Source: Spirochaetia bacterium (GTDB lineage: Bacteria > Spirochaetota > Spirochaetia > DSM-2461). Taken from it: a DNA stretch of 64,000 bases. Below are positions 42,406-53,863 of the stretch, piece by piece. Under the pieces are notes generated by a model that searched no databases, was not told where the DNA came from, and saw only the letters and a program-made list of their open reading frames with translations. The DNA lies in the NCBI GenBank assembly GCA_963668315.1, contig OY764216.1:4000001-4064000 (forward strand), written 5' to 3'. Both the position numbers and the translations under genes were made by a program. The first letter of the stretch is position 1, and each line of letters begins with the position of its first letter.

Positions 42406-43521
42406 TCAGGCCAGGGCTTCCCACTGCTCTTCCGTATCCAGATGTTGTCGGGCAATGACGCGGATTTCCTCTTTTACACTGTTGAAACACTCGATGACCA
42501 TCGGATCGAACTGGCTGCCCGCCCCTTCGTTGATGATGTCCACCGATTTGGCATGGGAAAAGGCTTTTTTATAACACCGGGTGCTGATAAGGGCATCGTA
42601 GACATCGGCCACTGCCATAATCCGGGCGGAAAGGGGGATTTCATCCCGTTTCAGTCCCTGGGGATAACCGTTGCCGTCCCATCTTTCGTGATGGAAGAAG
42701 GCGATCTCCCGGGCATGCTTCAGAAAGGAGTTGGAACCCAGTTTTTTTTCGGCGCTCATTAATGCATCTCCCCCGTATATGGTATGAAGCTTCATCTGCT
42801 CGAATTCCCCTTCTGTCAGTTTTCCCGGCTTTAGGAGGATACTGTCGGGGATTCCGATTTTTCCCACATCGTGAAGGGGGGCCGATTTGCCCAGGATTTC
42901 GATGATTTCATCGCTGAGGGAATCCCGGTAGAGGGGATTCCGCGAGAGTTCCTTGGCGATGAGTACGACATGGTTTCTGGTACGCAGGATGTGGTTCCCC
43001 GTTTCATTGTCCCTCGTTTCCGCCAGGGAGGCTATGCACTGAATGGTGATGTCCTGAGTCTGGTTCAGCTCTTCTGAACGTTCCTGCACCAGCCGCTCAA
43101 GATGGTTCCTGTCGTCCTTGAGGAGGGAACGGGCTTCCTGCAGTTTGATCTGGTGCTCGATTCTGATGCGGCAGATCTCGGGGTTGACCGGTTTTCTTAT
43201 ATAGTCGCTGGCCCCCAGCTCCAGGCCGTACTGCTCATCGGAAACTTCGTTCATGCTGGTAATGAAGATAATGGGGATGTCCCGGGTCTCGGGACTTTTC
43301 TTAAGCTGACGGCAGACATCGTATCCGTCCATGCCGGACATGATGACATCCAGAAGAATGACGTGGGGTTTATACCGGGAATAGCACAGTTCCAGGGCTT
43401 TTTCCCCGCTCATGGCCATCATGACAATGTAATTATCCTTGAGGAATTCATTCAGGGCGAGAATATTGCTTCTGACATCGTCAACAACGAGTACCCGTTT
43501 TTTTTCTTCCAGTCTGTTCAT
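42406..43521 (-). CDS. RpfG-type receiver plus HD-GYP c-di-GMP phosphodiesterase
   Basis: Receiver (VVDD, LLDVIM, YIRKP) plus ETGNH, LHDVGKIGIPD, HHERWDGNGYP, VADVYDAL. Confidence 0.93.
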   Translation of the reverse strand: MNRLEEKKRVLVVDDVRSNILALNEFLKDNYIVMMAMSGEKALELCYSRYKPHVILLDVIMSGMDGYDVCRQLKKSPETRDIPIIFITSMNEVSDEQYGLELGASDYIRKPVNPEICRIRIEHQIKLQEARSLLKDDRNHLERLVQERSEELNQTQDITIQCIASLAETRDNETGNHILRTRNHVVLIAKELSRNPLYRDSLSDEIIEILGKSAPLHDVGKIGIPDSILLKPGKLTEGEFEQMKLHTIYGGDALMSAEKKLGSNSFLKHAREIAFFHHERWDGNGYPQGLKRDEIPLSARIMAVADVYDALISTRCYKKAFSHAKSVDIINEGAGSQFDPMVIECFNSVKEEIRVIARQHLDTEEQWEALA

Positions 43522-43577
43522 AAATTACTAATTACAGATTAACGGATAACACTGATACTTGCAAACAAAAAAAAAGA

Positions 43578-46500
43578 TTAGTCCGTTTCTCCCGCCTTGA
43601 TGTCCCAATCGTCGTCGCTGTCCTTGACCACATCGATATTCAGGGTGGGAACCGGGTCCCATGTCAGGTAGAAGGAGAATTCCGATTCCCATTCATAGCG
43701 CTTCTCCACAAGGGTGGGAGAACCGGTATAATCGAGGACAAAATTCCAGTTTCCCAGGTAGTGGGTGAGATTCACCTTGAAGGAACTGAGATTGAAAAAG
43801 GAGTCGTATCTGTCCTGGGTGTTGAAGAAGTTGAACGATTTGCCCAGATCCTCGAAGAAATTGTATCGATCTTCTATCCCCAGGTCTTTCCTGTACCGGG
43901 GAAGATAGAGGTACATGTTCTCGTTGGAGGAGACCATGGCAAAGGAGAGATCCATGAACTCATGGACGGACAGGGTTGAGCCCAGGGAGAAATCCAGGAC
44001 GGAGTCATTTATTTTGATAAGATTCTGCGACCATCCCGTCTTGAGATTCAGTTCGGCGTCGACCCGGGATTTCCAGAATTTCGGCACATCCCAGTCCAGG
44101 GAGTAGGCGGCGCTGGCCGAGGAGAGCTGAAAGGACTGCTCCTCACTGACCCACTGATAGTTTACCCGGTCCCAGTCATATCCGTAGGTATAGTCCGCAT
44201 CGAGTATGAAGGTAAAACCGTACCCCTTGAGGGTGGCGGTATTGGCGGAGAAACGGGACTCCTCTATATCATAGGTCAGCGAATCGGAGAAGGTCAGATC
44301 GAGGGGGTCAAAATCCAGGGAGCCCTTGTACTGGAGTGGATCCGATTCCCAGTCCTCGTCGCCGCTCTTCTCGAGTCCATGGCTCAGGCTGTTGGAAAGG
44401 GGGCCCAGGGTCAGGCTGAGCGAACTGTCGAGGGAGGACGTTACATCCCGTCCATCGGTGTAGAGTGCCGTTTTATAGCGGCTGGAACCGGAAAAGTAGC
44501 TGACCGGCTTGAAGCTCAGATACCCCTCCAGGTCGCTCTGGCTTATTCCGTCCCCGTTGTCGGCCAGCCATAACTCATTGAAAACGGGAGAGCTTCCGTC
44601 CATGGTCTGATATGTCTTTTCAAAAAGGTCCAGTCCCAGGGTGTATTTAACATAGCTACCCTTCAGGGAGTAGTAGGAGAAGGGAGACCCCTTGAGGGTG
44701 GAGCTGTTGTTCCACTTGACCGACTCATAGGAGTACTGGTCTTTTCTTTCGCTGTCTGTCAGATCCACATTCTCTCCGGTCAGGGAAAGATATTTTCTCG
44801 CGCTGATGCTGAAGTTGTGGGCGTTGGAGAGGGAGAGACGCTCATCGAAGAAATCCAGGTCGAGGGAGAGGGAGTCCTTGTTGGTCAGGGAGAACTTCCC
44901 CTTGTCCAGGAAAAAGGAGATATCCGAGGGAGTGGCGGCATCCTGGGAGGTGTCATCCAGGAAATTGTCAAAATCATTCAGCATGATGGCCGTAGTGGTG
45001 CTGCTCCATTTGAAGTTGCCCGAAAAACTGTTCTCTTCACTGAGGGATCGGGAGCCGAGGATTTCGGGGCTGAGATAGGCGGCACTGTTTCCGCCCTCCC
45101 CCTCATAGCTTCCTGCACCGTCCTCCCCTTCGGGAAAAAGCCATCTGGCCGTATCGGCCGCCTTCAGATTTACCTCCCCGTCGGACCCGCTTTTCCAGAT
45201 TGTTCCGGAGAGAGAGAGGGCCGTATCGGGCAGGGTGATGCTCTCGGGATAGAAGAATTTGATGGTGGGAGAATCTTCATCGTCATTCTCCACATCCTTG
45301 ATACTGGCCCATTCGAGGGAACTTTTGAAACGGGTGATATTGAAGCCTTCGAACCAGGGGTCGAGGGCTTCGGTGGCGATATTTTTCCGCCAGTTCAGGC
45401 TCCAGGTAAAGGAGCTGATGGTGGAACTGCTCGTGTCGGTATTATCTTCGCCGAGGTCGGACAGAACAAAATTCAGCGGATCAAAGTTCTCTACCCGGTT
45501 ATCGGTGAACTCCCCCATGAAATAGGGATCGGAATAGTACATGAGGCTCAGGCTGAAACTGCCGGCGGAATAACTGACCTCCGATCCCCAACGGAAGGGA
45601 AGCTCCAGGCCGCCGATGTAACTGCTGTTCCAGCGGGACTGGTAATTGTCCTCGCTGTAGAAGACGCTGTAGTTATTGCCGTCGTCTATACTCCTGGAAA
45701 CGGCGATTCCCGTAAAAAGGTCGACCGGCCGGGTCGATTTTCCCGGTGAGACCTCCCCCTCCAGGCCGATAAAACCTCCCAGACGGGAGTAATAGTCGGC
45801 CATAAATTTGAGATAGCCATCCTCTTCCTCCTCCTCCTTGTCGCCTTTGAAAAGGAAAAACCCCCGCCTTTCGAGCTCATAGATGGCGTCGCTGTTCAGA
45901 CCGGCCGAGAAGAAGGAGGTGTTCTCCGGATCTTTCTGACCGATAAGGTAGGTCGTGGTCTGTATCGTCGTTCCCTCCCGGTTCCGGAAACCGAGGGAAG
46001 GGTTGCAGAAGATCTCATTACCCGGTTTGTAGTAAAAGGGGAGATAGAGCAGAGGGATGCGTCCCAGGTAAAGGACGCCGTTAACCAGGCCCCACTCTTC
46101 CGGTCCGTTCAGCCAGATTTTTCCGGCCCTTATGCTGTACTCCGGGTCTTTCCACTTACCGCTGGTGATGGTGCCCTTCTCCATGACGGCCAGATCAAAT
46201 CCGGAAGAGCTGATCTCCTCTCCGGTGAAGTAGAATTCGATATCCTTGCCACCCACGCTGTCCGTCCGGCTGGATACGCCGTCGTAAATAACGCCCTGCC
46301 AGCCTTCGATGTGGAAGGTCATGCTCTCTCCGAGAAACCGTTCGGCCTCCCCTCCTCCCTCGGCACGGCTGTACTCCACATTCCCCAGGGCGGTCAGGGA
46401 GTCGTCGAGACGGGAAAAAACGATCTGGTCGGCGGTAATGGTATAGTCCCGGTCCTCCCCGTTGTCCTTTACGGTAATCTTGACTTTTCCCGTAAGGTGG

Positions 46501-46862
46501 ATCTCATCTCCCTTGTCATCGATCTGATAATACTCCGTACTGTCCGCCGATTCGATGTGGATTTCCAGCTTGGAGTCCCGGCCTGCGCTTTTTGATTCGG
46601 TTCCGGCGGCGGATTTTTCGTAGGCGTAGTAAGCCCTGAGCCTCTCCTTGAGCTGATTTTCATTTCCCCCGTCATCGAGAGAAAGGGATCGGCACCAGAT
46701 TCTCAGCTCGTCGAGGCCGGACTGCTCCAGATCCCTTTCGAAATACTGTTCCTCCAGGGAGATGCCTTCCGCCGCCTCCTGTGCCGCCAGCTCCGTCACG
46801 GCCGCCGGCAGGCCCGATACGAGAAAAACAACGATGAGCAGGGAAAGGCGGGACCGGATCAT
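43578..46862 (-). CDS. lptD: LptD-like LPS/glycolipid assembly outer-membrane protein
   Basis: Signal peptide; OstA-like beta-jellyroll (IHLTGKV, ITADQIVF, LTALGNV), YLGRIPLLYLPF, long beta-rich C-terminus. Confidence 0.7.
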   Translation of the reverse strand: MIRSRLSLLIVVFLVSGLPAAVTELAAQEAAEGISLEEQYFERDLEQSGLDELRIWCRSLSLDDGGNENQLKERLRAYYAYEKSAAGTESKSAGRDSKLEIHIESADSTEYYQIDDKGDEIHLTGKVKITVKDNGEDRDYTITADQIVFSRLDDSLTALGNVEYSRAEGGGEAERFLGESMTFHIEGWQGVIYDGVSSRTDSVGGKDIEFYFTGEEISSSGFDLAVMEKGTITSGKWKDPEYSIRAGKIWLNGPEEWGLVNGVLYLGRIPLLYLPFYYKPGNEIFCNPSLGFRNREGTTIQTTTYLIGQKDPENTSFFSAGLNSDAIYELERRGFFLFKGDKEEEEEDGYLKFMADYYSRLGGFIGLEGEVSPGKSTRPVDLFTGIAVSRSIDDGNNYSVFYSEDNYQSRWNSSYIGGLELPFRWGSEVSYSAGSFSLSLMYYSDPYFMGEFTDNRVENFDPLNFVLSDLGEDNTDTSSSTISSFTWSLNWRKNIATEALDPWFEGFNITRFKSSLEWASIKDVENDDEDSPTIKFFYPESITLPDTALSLSGTIWKSGSDGEVNLKAADTARWLFPEGEDGAGSYEGEGGNSAAYLSPEILGSRSLSEENSFSGNFKWSSTTTAIMLNDFDNFLDDTSQDAATPSDISFFLDKGKFSLTNKDSLSLDLDFFDERLSLSNAHNFSISARKYLSLTGENVDLTDSERKDQYSYESVKWNNSSTLKGSPFSYYSLKGSYVKYTLGLDLFEKTYQTMDGSSPVFNELWLADNGDGISQSDLEGYLSFKPVSYFSGSSRYKTALYTDGRDVTSSLDSSLSLTLGPLSNSLSHGLEKSGDEDWESDPLQYKGSLDFDPLDLTFSDSLTYDIEESRFSANTATLKGYGFTFILDADYTYGYDWDRVNYQWVSEEQSFQLSSASAAYSLDWDVPKFWKSRVDAELNLKTGWSQNLIKINDSVLDFSLGSTLSVHEFMDLSFAMVSSNENMYLYLPRYRKDLGIEDRYNFFEDLGKSFNFFNTQDRYDSFFNLSSFKVNLTHYLGNWNFVLDYTGSPTLVEKRYEWESEFSFYLTWDPVPTLNIDVVKDSDDDWDIKAGETD

Positions 46863-46866
46863 TCTC

Positions 46867-49680
46867 TTAATCGAGGAGCTCCTTCAGAAAAAAGCCCGTA
46901 TAGGACTCTTCGCACCGGGCCACGGCCTCAGGGGTTCCCTCCACGACGATGGTACCGCCCCGGTCTCCCCCTTCGGGCCCCAGATCGATGATATGGTCCG
47001 CCTGCTTGATCACATCCAGATTATGCTCGATCATGCAGATGGTATTGCCCTTGTCCACCAGTTCCTGCAGAACTTCAAGGAGCTGCTTCACATCGGCGAA
47101 ATGGAGGCCTGTGGTAGGTTCATCAATAACATAGAAGGTATTACCCGTTCCCCTTTTGGAGAGTTCCAGGGCCAGCTTTACACGCTGGGCTTCCCCTCCC
47201 GAAAGAGTCAGGGCCGACTGCCCCAGGGTCACGTATCCCAGACCGACGGCCTGGAGGGTTTCCATCTTTCCCTTGATTTTCGGCTGGGCGGCAAAGAACT
47301 CTGTCGCTTCTTCCACGGGCATTTCCAGTACTTCGTGAATGTTCTTTCCCTTATACCGCACGTCCAGGGTCTCCCGGTTGAACCGCTTGCCCTTGCAGAC
47401 ATCGCAGGTCACATAGACATCGGGAAGGAAGTGCATCTCGATTTTCTGGGTTCCCGCCCCCTGGCAGGCCTCACAGCGCCCCCCTTTCACATTGAAGGAG
47501 AAACGGCCGGATTTATATCCCCGGGCCTTCGATTCGGGCAGGGAGGCAAAAAGTTCACGGATAGGCGTGAAAACCCCCACATAGGTGGCGGGGTTGGACC
47601 GGGGCGTACGGCCGATGGGACTCTGATCGATGGCGATGATTTTATCGATATGCTCATCCCCTTCCAGGGAGTCGTAGGCTCCGGTTTCCTTTTTCGTCTT
47701 ATTGACCGCATTGGCGAGAGCCGGAAACAGGATAGACGTCAGGAGGGTGGATTTACCCGAACCGGAGACGCCGGTTATTACGTTCATCAGGCCGAGAGGG
47801 ATGGACACGGTAAGATTCTTCAGATTGTTCTGACGGGCGCCTCTGAGCACAAGGCTTTTCCCGTTACCCTTTCTTCGCTCCTTCGGAACGATAATGGCAT
47901 CTTTTCCCGAGAGAAAACGGCCCGTAGGACTTTCGGGATGATCCAGAATATAATCCAGATCCCCCGCCGCCACGACCTGCCCGCCGTGAACTCCGGCTCC
48001 GGGCCCCATATCCACAATATAGTCGGCCGTGCGGATGGTCTGCTCGTCATGCTCCACCACGATGAGGGTGTTTCCGATATCCCGCAGATGCTTGAGGGTC
48101 TCTATAAGCCGGTCGTTGTCCCTCTGGTGAAGGCCGATGGTCGGCTCGTCCAGTATATAGAGCACCCCGACCAGGGAGGAACCGATCTGGGTTGCCAGCC
48201 TGATGCGCTGCGCTTCTCCTCCCGAAATCGTTCCCGCCTCCCGGTGAAGGGTCAGATATTCCAGTCCCACGCTCTCCATGAAGGTCAGGCGGTCCCGGAT
48301 CTCCTTGAGTATCTGCTCGGAGATATGGGCTTCGTTCTCATTCAGCTCTATCTGGTTGAAGAAGGGAAGAAGTTCCTTAACGGGCCTGGCTGTCAGATCC
48401 CAGATATTGATTCCCTTGACGGTCACGGCCAGAGCCTCGGGTTTGAGTCTTTTCCCCCCGCAGTCGGAACAGGGATTGCGGACCATCAGATTTTCCAGCC
48501 AGTCCTTGATACCCGTGGAACCGGTTTCGCTGTGCCGCCTTTTCAGATCCTGAATAAGTCCCGGATAGGGCCTGTCAAAATCGAATGTCCCCGTTTTGCT
48601 TCTGTTTTCGTAGTGGAAGGCGATTTTCTCCTTCGTTCCGTAAAGCAGGGCTTTTTTCGCCTTCTCGCTCAGGTCCTTCAGGGGAGTATCCAGGGTAAAA
48701 CCGTAATGGGATGCCAGACTTTCCATCTGGCTCCGCCCCCAGGCCGCATCGGGATTAATGCTGGAGATTCCCCCCTCGTTGATCGATTTCGACCAGTCGG
48801 GAATAATCTTATCCGGATCAAATTCCAGAGTCATGCCCAGTCCGCTGCAGGTGGGACAGGCGCCGAAAGGATTGTTAAAGGAGAAGAGCCGGGGCTGCAG
48901 TTCGGGCATGCTGAATCCGCAGTGGGGGCAGGAGTTTTTCTCGGAGAAGAAATCCTCCCGGTCCTCCGAGAGATTGCAGGCGATAACCTGTCCTTCGGAG
49001 ACTTCCAGGGCGGTTTCGATGGAATCGGCCAGACGTTTCCTTGTCTCGGCGGAAACCTTCAGGCGGTCCACCACGACCTCTATGGTGTGCTTCTTGTTCT
49101 TCTCCAGCTGGATTTCGTCTTCCAGAAGGAGGACTTCCCCGTCCACCCTGACCCGGAGGAAACCGGCATTGCGGGCGTCGCTGAATATTTTCTGATGCTC
49201 TCCCTTGCGGCCTCTGATCAGGGGGGCGAGAATCATCATACGGCTCCCCTCGGGAGCTTCAAGAATGGCTTCCACGATCTGATCGACCGACTGCTCCTTG
49301 ATCTCCTCCCCGCAATCGGGACAGTGGGGGATGCCGATCCGGGCGTATAGAAGCCGGAGGTAATCGTAAATTTCCGTGACAGTGCCCACGGTGGACCGGG
49401 GGTTCTTATGGGTGGTTTTCTGCTCTATGGAGATGGCGGGAGAGAGTCCCTCCAGATAATCCACATCGGGCTTATCCATGCGGCCCAGGAACTGACGGGC
49501 ATAGGCAGACAGGGATTCCACATAGCGTCTCTGCCCCTCGGCGAAGACCGTATCGAAAGCCAGGGAGGATTTGCCGCTTCCGGAAAGTCCGGATATAACG
49601 ATCATTTTATCCCTGGGAAGTTCTAAATCTATATTTTTCAAATTGTGCTCGCGGGCACCTTTTATAACTATTTTGTCCAT
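46867..49680 (-). CDS. uvrA: Excinuclease ABC subunit A
   Basis: GAREHNLKN, two Walker A motifs ([18 protein letters not shown]), Zn fingers, SGGEAQR, DEPT.GLH. Confidence 0.98.
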   Translation of the reverse strand: MDKIVIKGAREHNLKNIDLELPRDKMIVISGLSGSGKSSLAFDTVFAEGQRRYVESLSAYARQFLGRMDKPDVDYLEGLSPAISIEQKTTHKNPRSTVGTVTEIYDYLRLLYARIGIPHCPDCGEEIKEQSVDQIVEAILEAPEGSRMMILAPLIRGRKGEHQKIFSDARNAGFLRVRVDGEVLLLEDEIQLEKNKKHTIEVVVDRLKVSAETRKRLADSIETALEVSEGQVIACNLSEDREDFFSEKNSCPHCGFSMPELQPRLFSFNNPFGACPTCSGLGMTLEFDPDKIIPDWSKSINEGGISSINPDAAWGRSQMESLASHYGFTLDTPLKDLSEKAKKALLYGTKEKIAFHYENRSKTGTFDFDRPYPGLIQDLKRRHSETGSTGIKDWLENLMVRNPCSDCGGKRLKPEALAVTVKGINIWDLTARPVKELLPFFNQIELNENEAHISEQILKEIRDRLTFMESVGLEYLTLHREAGTISGGEAQRIRLATQIGSSLVGVLYILDEPTIGLHQRDNDRLIETLKHLRDIGNTLIVVEHDEQTIRTADYIVDMGPGAGVHGGQVVAAGDLDYILDHPESPTGRFLSGKDAIIVPKERRKGNGKSLVLRGARQNNLKNLTVSIPLGLMNVITGVSGSGKSTLLTSILFPALANAVNKTKKETGAYDSLEGDEHIDKIIAIDQSPIGRTPRSNPATYVGVFTPIRELFASLPESKARGYKSGRFSFNVKGGRCEACQGAGTQKIEMHFLPDVYVTCDVCKGKRFNRETLDVRYKGKNIHEVLEMPVEEATEFFAAQPKIKGKMETLQAVGLGYVTLGQSALTLSGGEAQRVKLALELSKRGTGNTFYVIDEPTTGLHFADVKQLLEVLQELVDKGNTICMIEHNLDVIKQADHIIDLGPEGGDRGGTIVVEGTPEAVARCEESYTGFFLKELLD

Positions 49681-49702
49681 GTTTTCCTCTTATTGGATGA
49701 AT

Positions 49703-50836
49703 TTAGAACAGGACAGGATTTTTGTCTATATGGGGGGAAGCCAACTGGGACTCGGCCCTACGCGACCAGCCTTTTCCCTGGGGATCTTTCCTCAGGTCGC
49801 TCCAGATTTCCCTGGCCCTCTCTTCAAAACCCTCTCCGTACAGGGAGCAGGCCAGATAATACAGAGACTGATAAATATTGTTCTCTTCCATAAACGGCAG
49901 CAGGGCACGGCTCTTTTTAAAAAGATTCAGGGCATAGCCGATACCGCTGTAGTGATAGGGGACATTCTCCTCTTCCAGCCGTCTCAGGGCATCGCGGACC
50001 TGGGCGCTCTCATTAACAAGCCGCCGGCTCCCCTCCTCCCGGATAAAACTGAAGCTTTCGTCAACCCGTCGCAGTTCGTTCTCTATATCATCGTAATAGC
50101 TCAGGGGATCGTACTCCAGAAGCTTCTCCCTGTTCCGGGGGAACTGGAACTCCGGATCTTCCCGGATAAGCTGCTCGATTCCCAGGGAGTAGAAAGTCAT
50201 GACCGCATAGAGGTTATAGAGGACTCCGCTCCGGTATTCCCCTTTTTTATAATAATAGGCTCCCAGCTCCCGGAAGGCCCTGAGGGACTGATTGTAATCC
50301 AGACGGTAAAGATAGAGTAGCTCGTCGAGGCCCTTCTCCTTGAGGGTGGAGACATAGAGATGCTCCCTTTCCACAACGGTTCTGCTCCGCCGGACCTCTT
50401 CATCGATCAGCTGCTGCAGGCGGTATTCATACTTCCCGGGCTGTTCCGACTTGATGTAGGCTTCGGCCAGGCGGTAGACGATCTCGGTTTTATCACCGGC
50501 CACGTAGAGATAACGGGCCTGTTCCAGGGCTTTTTCATACTGCAGGATAGCCAGGGGCAGTTCCCCCTCTTCCTCATAGACCCGGCCGATCCAGTACTCC
50601 CCCTCGGGAAGGACGGCCCCCTTGTTCCGCGAATAGGTGAAATAGGTCAGGGCGGAAGCGAAATCCCCCTGGCGGTAGGAAGCCTTGCCCTTCTCCATGA
50701 GAACCCAAACGGGCATATCCATCTCCTCGACGGTCAGTTCTTCCGCGGAAAGGGCAGGAACTGCGGGGAGGAGAAAAAGGAGTAAGGTCAGAGCAGTTTT
50801 TGCAGCTCTTCCAAGAATGCTTCTTTTGCCTGGCAA
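49703..50836 (-). CDS. Secreted TPR-repeat protein
   Basis: Signal peptide; TPR-like EYWIGRVYEEEG..LA..QYEKAL; exact start uncertain because it overlaps ispG. Confidence 0.7.
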   Translation of the reverse strand: MPGKRSILGRAAKTALTLLLFLLPAVPALSAEELTVEEMDMPVWVLMEKGKASYRQGDFASALTYFTYSRNKGAVLPEGEYWIGRVYEEEGELPLAILQYEKALEQARYLYVAGDKTEIVYRLAEAYIKSEQPGKYEYRLQQLIDEEVRRSRTVVEREHLYVSTLKEKGLDELLYLYRLDYNQSLRAFRELGAYYYKKGEYRSGVLYNLYAVMTFYSLGIEQLIREDPEFQFPRNREKLLEYDPLSYYDDIENELRRVDESFSFIREEGSRRLVNESAQVRDALRRLEEENVPYHYSGIGYALNLFKKSRALLPFMEENNIYQSLYYLACSLYGEGFEERAREIWSDLRKDPQGKGWSRRAESQLASPHIDKNPVLF

Positions 50837-51837
50837 AGCGGTGCCCTCCCTATGATCTCTCCCTTTCTGAACAGGGCGATCTGGTCACCCATCCCCGTAA
50901 TGCCCAGATCGGCATGCTGTGCCTCCCCGGGACCGTTGACAACGCAGCCCATGACGGCTATGGTCAGATTCTTCTCTATGCTGTAGAGGGAAGCCTCTAT
51001 CTCTTCGGTGAATTTATGGGTATCGAAAGTGGTCCGCCCGCATTTGGGACAGGACACGAGATTCACATGGGGGACATTGCCCATTCCCAGGTTGGCCAGA
51101 AGTTCCCGGGCGGCCATGATCTCCTTGAAGGGAGAATCGGAAATGGAGATGCGGATGGTATCGCCTACTCCTTCCCGCAGAAGGTCTCCCAGGGCCAGAG
51201 TGCTTTTCACGAGGGAGGGGATGAGCGGACCCGCCTCGGTGACTCCCAGATGGAGGGGATAATCGTATTTTTCGGCGAAGAGCCTGTTGGCCCGGCGGCA
51301 GATGTCCACATCGGATGACTTGAGGGAAACCACAGCCCGGCTGAAATTCAGCTTTTCCAGAATATCCAGCTGCTCTTCGGCGGCCTGAACCATGGCGGCC
51401 GCCCGGTTTTCGGCTCCCCTGAGTTCCTTGGGCAGGGAGCCTTCATTGGCACCCACCCGGAGGGCCACACCCGTATCGGCGGCTTTCCTGATGACCTCTT
51501 CGGTTTTCCAGGAGGCGCCTATATTACCCGGATTGATGCGGATTTTAGCCAGGGGAAAATCCATGCACCGAAGGGCGATTCTGTAATCGAAATGGATGTC
51601 GGCGACCAGGGGGACGGGACTTTCCCTGGCCAGCAGGCCGAGCTGCTCCGCCGCCGCCTGGTTGGGTGCGGCGAACCTTACAAGACGGCAGCCCATGGAC
51701 GCCATACGCGTCAAAGCCTCTTTTTCATCCTGGAGGTCATTACTGAGGGGTTTATCCCACATTGTCTGTATTATTACGGGATTGTCCCCTCCCATTACAA
51801 GGGGGCCAATCGGAACGGGTCGGCTCTTTCGTCTCAT
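50788..51837 (-). CDS. ispG: HMBPP synthase
   Basis: PLVADIHF, RINPGNIG, YPLHLGVTEAG, GDTIRIS, SCPKCGR, VMGCVVNGPGE. Confidence 0.96.
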   Translation of the reverse strand: MRRKSRPVPIGPLVMGGDNPVIIQTMWDKPLSNDLQDEKEALTRMASMGCRLVRFAAPNQAAAEQLGLLARESPVPLVADIHFDYRIALRCMDFPLAKIRINPGNIGASWKTEEVIRKAADTGVALRVGANEGSLPKELRGAENRAAAMVQAAEEQLDILEKLNFSRAVVSLKSSDVDICRRANRLFAEKYDYPLHLGVTEAGPLIPSLVKSTLALGDLLREGVGDTIRISISDSPFKEIMAARELLANLGMGNVPHVNLVSCPKCGRTTFDTHKFTEEIEASLYSIEKNLTIAVMGCVVNGPGEAQHADLGITGMGDQIALFRKGEIIGRAPLCQAKEAFLEELQKLL

Positions 51838-51957
51838 ATTGGGGGATTATATCACTTTAGCGGGGAATAAACAAGAATTGTTCTTTCCGGCGGTTGCATT
51901 CGCAATGATATGATTTATAATTATTTATAGGAAGGTTTCCTTGAAAAGGAGGTTTTT

Positions 51958-52326
51958 ATGAATAACCCTGCCGCCGCTTTTATTACCATATTGGAAATAG
52001 AGTTAAGAGACCTCGAAGACGACATACAGCTCATCATGGCCCAGAGCGAGATGAGAAGGCACCATGAGGAGATCAGCAATTACGTGTACATGGAAAATCT
52101 GGCCCTTATGAAAAAAGAACTTTTTGATGTGGACGGGCTCATTCATAAGCTGGGGGAACTGGATCCGGCCGATTACGCTTCGGACAGGGAAGTGAAAGAC
52201 CTCCTTCTGAAAGATCTGCGAATCAAGGTTCAGCACCAGATCATCCCCCCGGTTATCCTGAAAATGGTGGAACGGAAATTCGACAAGGTCAGCCGCTATG
52301 TCTGCCAGCGGGAAAACTGTGATTGA
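51958..52326 (+). CDS. Hypothetical protein
   Basis: Strong AAGGAGG RBS and TTGCAT-N16-TATAAT promoter; helical 122-aa ORF. Confidence 0.7.
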   Translation: MNNPAAAFITILEIELRDLEDDIQLIMAQSEMRRHHEEISNYVYMENLALMKKELFDVDGLIHKLGELDPADYASDREVKDLLLKDLRIKVQHQIIPPVILKMVERKFDKVSRYVCQRENCD

Positions 52327-52357
52327 TCAAGCTCTCCCCTTTCCGTAAAATAGCCCC

Positions 52358-53080
52358 ATGAACCTGCTGCTTTTTGACAAAGAAGAAATGACTGGACCTC
52401 TGAAGAGAGGCGATAACCGTTACGAACATATCACGACCATCCTTAAAGCCCGCGAAGGGGACGTCCTGGAAGGGGGCATTCTCGACGGCCCCCGGGGTGA
52501 TGTTCTTCTGACCCATGTGGGCAAGGACCGTATTGAATACACCTTTACCCCCCGTCCGGGAGAAGAGCCTCCCCTCCTTCCCCTCACCATGATAATAGGC
52601 TGTCCCCGCCCGCCCACGGCCAGGCGCCTTGTGAAGGATCTGGTATCCCTGGGAGCGGGACGGCTGATATTCACCGGAACCGATCTTAACGAGAAGTCCT
52701 ATCTGCAGGCGAAGTTCTGGCGGGAGGAGCTTTACCTCCAAGCCGCCCGGGAGGGAGCCATGCAGGGGAAAAGCACCCTCCTCCCTCCCATCGAGAAGTG
52801 CTTCTCCCTCAAGAAGGCTCTGGAATCCCTCCCCGGAGGAGAAGTGAGATTTGTTCCCGATTTTACGGGAGGGGGGAAACTCATAGACCTGCTCCCCCGC
52901 CCCTGGCCGGTATCCCGGGGGGGCTGCGCCGCCATCGGGCCGGAAAGGGGCTGGACCGACAGGGAACGGGGGATGCTGGCAGAAGCGGGCTTTGTCCCGG
53001 TAAGCCTTGGCTCCCGGGTGATGCGCACCGAGTCGGCTTCGATCATGGCCGCCGGCGTCCTGCTTCTGGGGATGGAGTAA
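52358..53080 (+). CDS. rsmE: 16S rRNA m3U1498 methyltransferase
   Basis: H...IL, AIGPERGW, SLGSRVMRTESA SPOUT motifs. Confidence 0.92.
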   Translation: MNLLLFDKEEMTGPLKRGDNRYEHITTILKAREGDVLEGGILDGPRGDVLLTHVGKDRIEYTFTPRPGEEPPLLPLTMIIGCPRPPTARRLVKDLVSLGAGRLIFTGTDLNEKSYLQAKFWREELYLQAAREGAMQGKSTLLPPIEKCFSLKKALESLPGGEVRFVPDFTGGGKLIDLLPRPWPVSRGGCAAIGPERGWTDRERGMLAEAGFVPVSLGSRVMRTESASIMAAGVLLLGME

Positions 53081-53860
53081 CTACTTCCAGGGGCGGATCA
53101 TATCGCCCAGGGTACGGGTTCCCACCGTTTCACGCTCGTCCCTGAGAATCACGTCCCAGGGAATTTTCCGGCGGTTGATTTCGGGGTTTTCCTCAAGGAA
53201 GTCGTACTTGAGCATGAGGAATTTCATCAGGTTTTCCCAGAGGATGGCAATGGCCGAAAATCCGGGAAGAAGCAGGGCCGTCATGACGGAGATCACAAAA
53301 AGTATCAGGCAGAGAAAGGAGGCCACGATAGAGGGGCCGGGATTGTCGAAAAAGAGGATGAAACACTTTTTGACATTCTTCCTGAAGGGGTCATCCATAA
53401 TGTTGGAAAGGGGGAAGTAATAGCCCACGGAAAAGAACAGCAGCAGGGAGATCCAGAAGATGAAAAAGAAAGCCGCCAGATAAACGAGGCTTCCCGCAGT
53501 GGATCCGTAAAAACGCAGAGCCGTGTAGACGACGAAGCTTATAGCCAGAACGACCAGATAGAAAAACATCGTTTTCTTCGCCTTTTCCTTCATGTAGGTG
53601 AACCAGTTCTTCAGATAAATACTGCGGAAATAGGCCACTTCATTGCACATGCGGCTGTTCGCTCCCAGGATAAGAAAGAAGAGCGCCCCGAAAAGGATCA
53701 GGCTGATCAGCGACGGGACAACCAGATTCGCCTGCACAAGCATCATGGGAATGTAAACACATAAAGCAACCGAGGCCAGAAGCATTAGATTCAGAAGAAT
53801 CATCAACCCCATTTTGTCCCAGTAATCCCAAAAGGATTTTTTAATTAAAAACCAGATCAT
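53081..53860 (-). CDS. Multi-pass membrane protein of unknown function
   Basis: About six hydrophobic segments; last gene of the tex operon. Confidence 0.75.
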   Translation of the reverse strand: MIWFLIKKSFWDYWDKMGLMILLNLMLLASVALCVYIPMMLVQANLVVPSLISLILFGALFFLILGANSRMCNEVAYFRSIYLKNWFTYMKEKAKKTMFFYLVVLAISFVVYTALRFYGSTAGSLVYLAAFFFIFWISLLLFFSVGYYFPLSNIMDDPFRKNVKKCFILFFDNPGPSIVASFLCLILFVISVMTALLLPGFSAIAILWENLMKFLMLKYDFLEENPEINRRKIPWDVILRDERETVGTRTLGDMIRPWK

Positions 53861-53863
53861 CCT

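Noticed and set aside
46762..49350. 862-aa plus-strand ORF
   Set aside because: Antisense shadow of uvrA with no recognisable motifs; expected from codon bias in a GC-rich gene.
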